The notes under the pieces are model-generated. The model worked only from the letters and a program-made list of their open reading frames with translations. It had not been told where the DNA came from and made no database searches. Positions 62,500-64,000 of a stretch of DNA of 64,000 nt are shown here, piece by piece. Origin of the DNA: Stegostoma tigrinum (Eukaryota); contig NC_081365.1 of assembly GCF_030684315.1 (NCBI RefSeq), forward strand, positions 34,313,394 through 34,377,393, given 5' to 3'. Positions within the stretch are counted from its first letter, which is position 1. The number at the start of each line of letters is the position of its first letter. The position numbers were made by a program, and so were the translations under genes.

Positions 62500-63500
62500 T
62501 CATTCTTCTTGCTCTTACGGAGGAACAGCTTCTCCCTAGATACTCTGTTCAAGCCACTCTTGATTTTGAAAACCTCTACCAAATCTTCTCCCAGCCTTCT
62601 CTGGGGACAATTGTTGCCAAATTCTCCCTCTATCCTCAGAAGTTTTTCATTTCTGACACCATTGTTGTAAATCACTTTTGCACTCTCTAATGCATTCACC
62701 TATTTCCTGTAACATGACACCCACAACTATACACAATACTTGGGCTGAGATCCAACAAGTTCATGTATAAGTTCCACATAACCTTCCTGCTCTTGTATTC
62801 TTTGCCCTTAAGAAAGTTGTGAACACCATATGATTTACTCACTGCTCTCTCCACTTATCCTGCCATCTCCAATGATCTATGCACATTACAACACTCCTCC
62901 CCCAGTCCCTCTCCTCTTAAACTCCCTTTAGAATTGTACCCCCTATTTTGTATTGTCTTTCAATGTTCTTCTGACCCAAGCGCATCACCTCACACATTGC
63001 ATTGAAGCTTGGCTGCCACCTCCCCACCTACACCACCAAATTATTAATGTCTTTTCAGAATTCCACACCATCCTCCTCACAGTTTATAACTCTTCCAGGT
63101 TTAATGTCATCTGCAAACTTTGAAATTGTCCTCTACAAGCGAATGTCCAGATCATTGATGCATTGTCGGGAAAAGTAAATATCCCAGCACGGACCCCCGG
63201 GGAACTCTACTCCAAACCTGCCTCCAGCCTGAAAAATATCCATTGACAATTACCCTGTCTTTCCTACCATTTAGTCAATTTTGTATCCATGTTCTTATTG
63301 CCCCTTTTATTACATAACCTTCTACTTTCCTCTTGGGTCTATCGTGTCGTTCTGCCTCTGGAAACTGTGCATACCACACCAATAATGTTACCTTCATTGA
63401 GGCCTTCTGTTACATCTTCAAAAAATTCCAACAAGTTAGTTAAACATGTTTTCCCCTTTAGAAATCCATGCCAAGTCTTCCTAATCAATTCAACTTTGAC
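62500..63500 (-). mobile_element. Degenerate CR1 RT fragment
   Basis: QRRLGEDLVEVFKI.SGL.RV and KFADD traces; same family as 15520-17140. Confidence 0.7.
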
Positions 63501-64000
63501 TCTTATTTCTATCCTGAATGACTACCTGCCTGACTCTTATCCAAGATGGATATGGCAGAAACCTATTCCATGATGAGCAAGAGTGCAGACTGCCTTAAAT
63601 AACCTGGTAGTCAGTGGTGAGGATTGCTCATGCAACAGAACATGTGACACTGAAAACTGTGGGGCAGTCAGTCCTCACTATTATCAAAGTATTAACTCTC
63701 AGGTTAACGTGAAAATCTAGAGATTACACTTTGCTCATTGAGTGGTTACATTGTTGTAATGTTTGCAGATGGAATCATGTAGAAATGCTGATTATTTATT
63801 TACATGTTGTTCTTGCTGCAAGGAACAAATAATATTTTAGCCTTGCTCAGTGACGGCTTATTATATAAGGTGCCGGAACAGAGACAGGAAATCCTGCCTC
63901 AAAGAGCAGCCAACTAAATAAAGACTGACGGCTGTCCAGAACTCAAAACATTGGAGCGATGTATTTTGCTGTCTTGTTTGGTGCCCAGCTAGCAGACCCA

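Overview
Eukaryotic, repeat-rich vertebrate DNA. The repeat landscape (V-SINE/HE1-like and Deu-type SINEs, abundant CR1, several Penelope families) points to a cartilaginous fish, probably a shark. The only host gene I can support is a CD247 (CD3 zeta)-like gene on the minus strand: a 104-nt transmembrane exon (3005-3108) and a 69-nt juxtamembrane exon ending at the first ITAM tyrosine (1708-1776). The later ITAM exons lie left of the window. The signal-peptide exon is not securely found, so much or all of 3109-64000 is probably a very large intron 1. That interval holds two young near-identical CR1 copies, many old CR1/L2 fragments, SINEs, a rearranged Harbinger transposase relic and roughly 20 Penelope-like element (PLE) insertions from about 4 families. 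The most striking pattern is in the PLEs. Most copies carry an intact or decayed minimal hammerhead ribozyme (CUGANGA-N-stemII-GAAAC-GUH). Many are short fold-back palindromes with 12-16 bp target-site duplications and a one-sided ~30-36 nt tail, and their breakpoints fall at the ribozyme core. A speculative broken ORF for a small GPI-anchored-like glycopeptide lies antisense in the intron (38571-38880).
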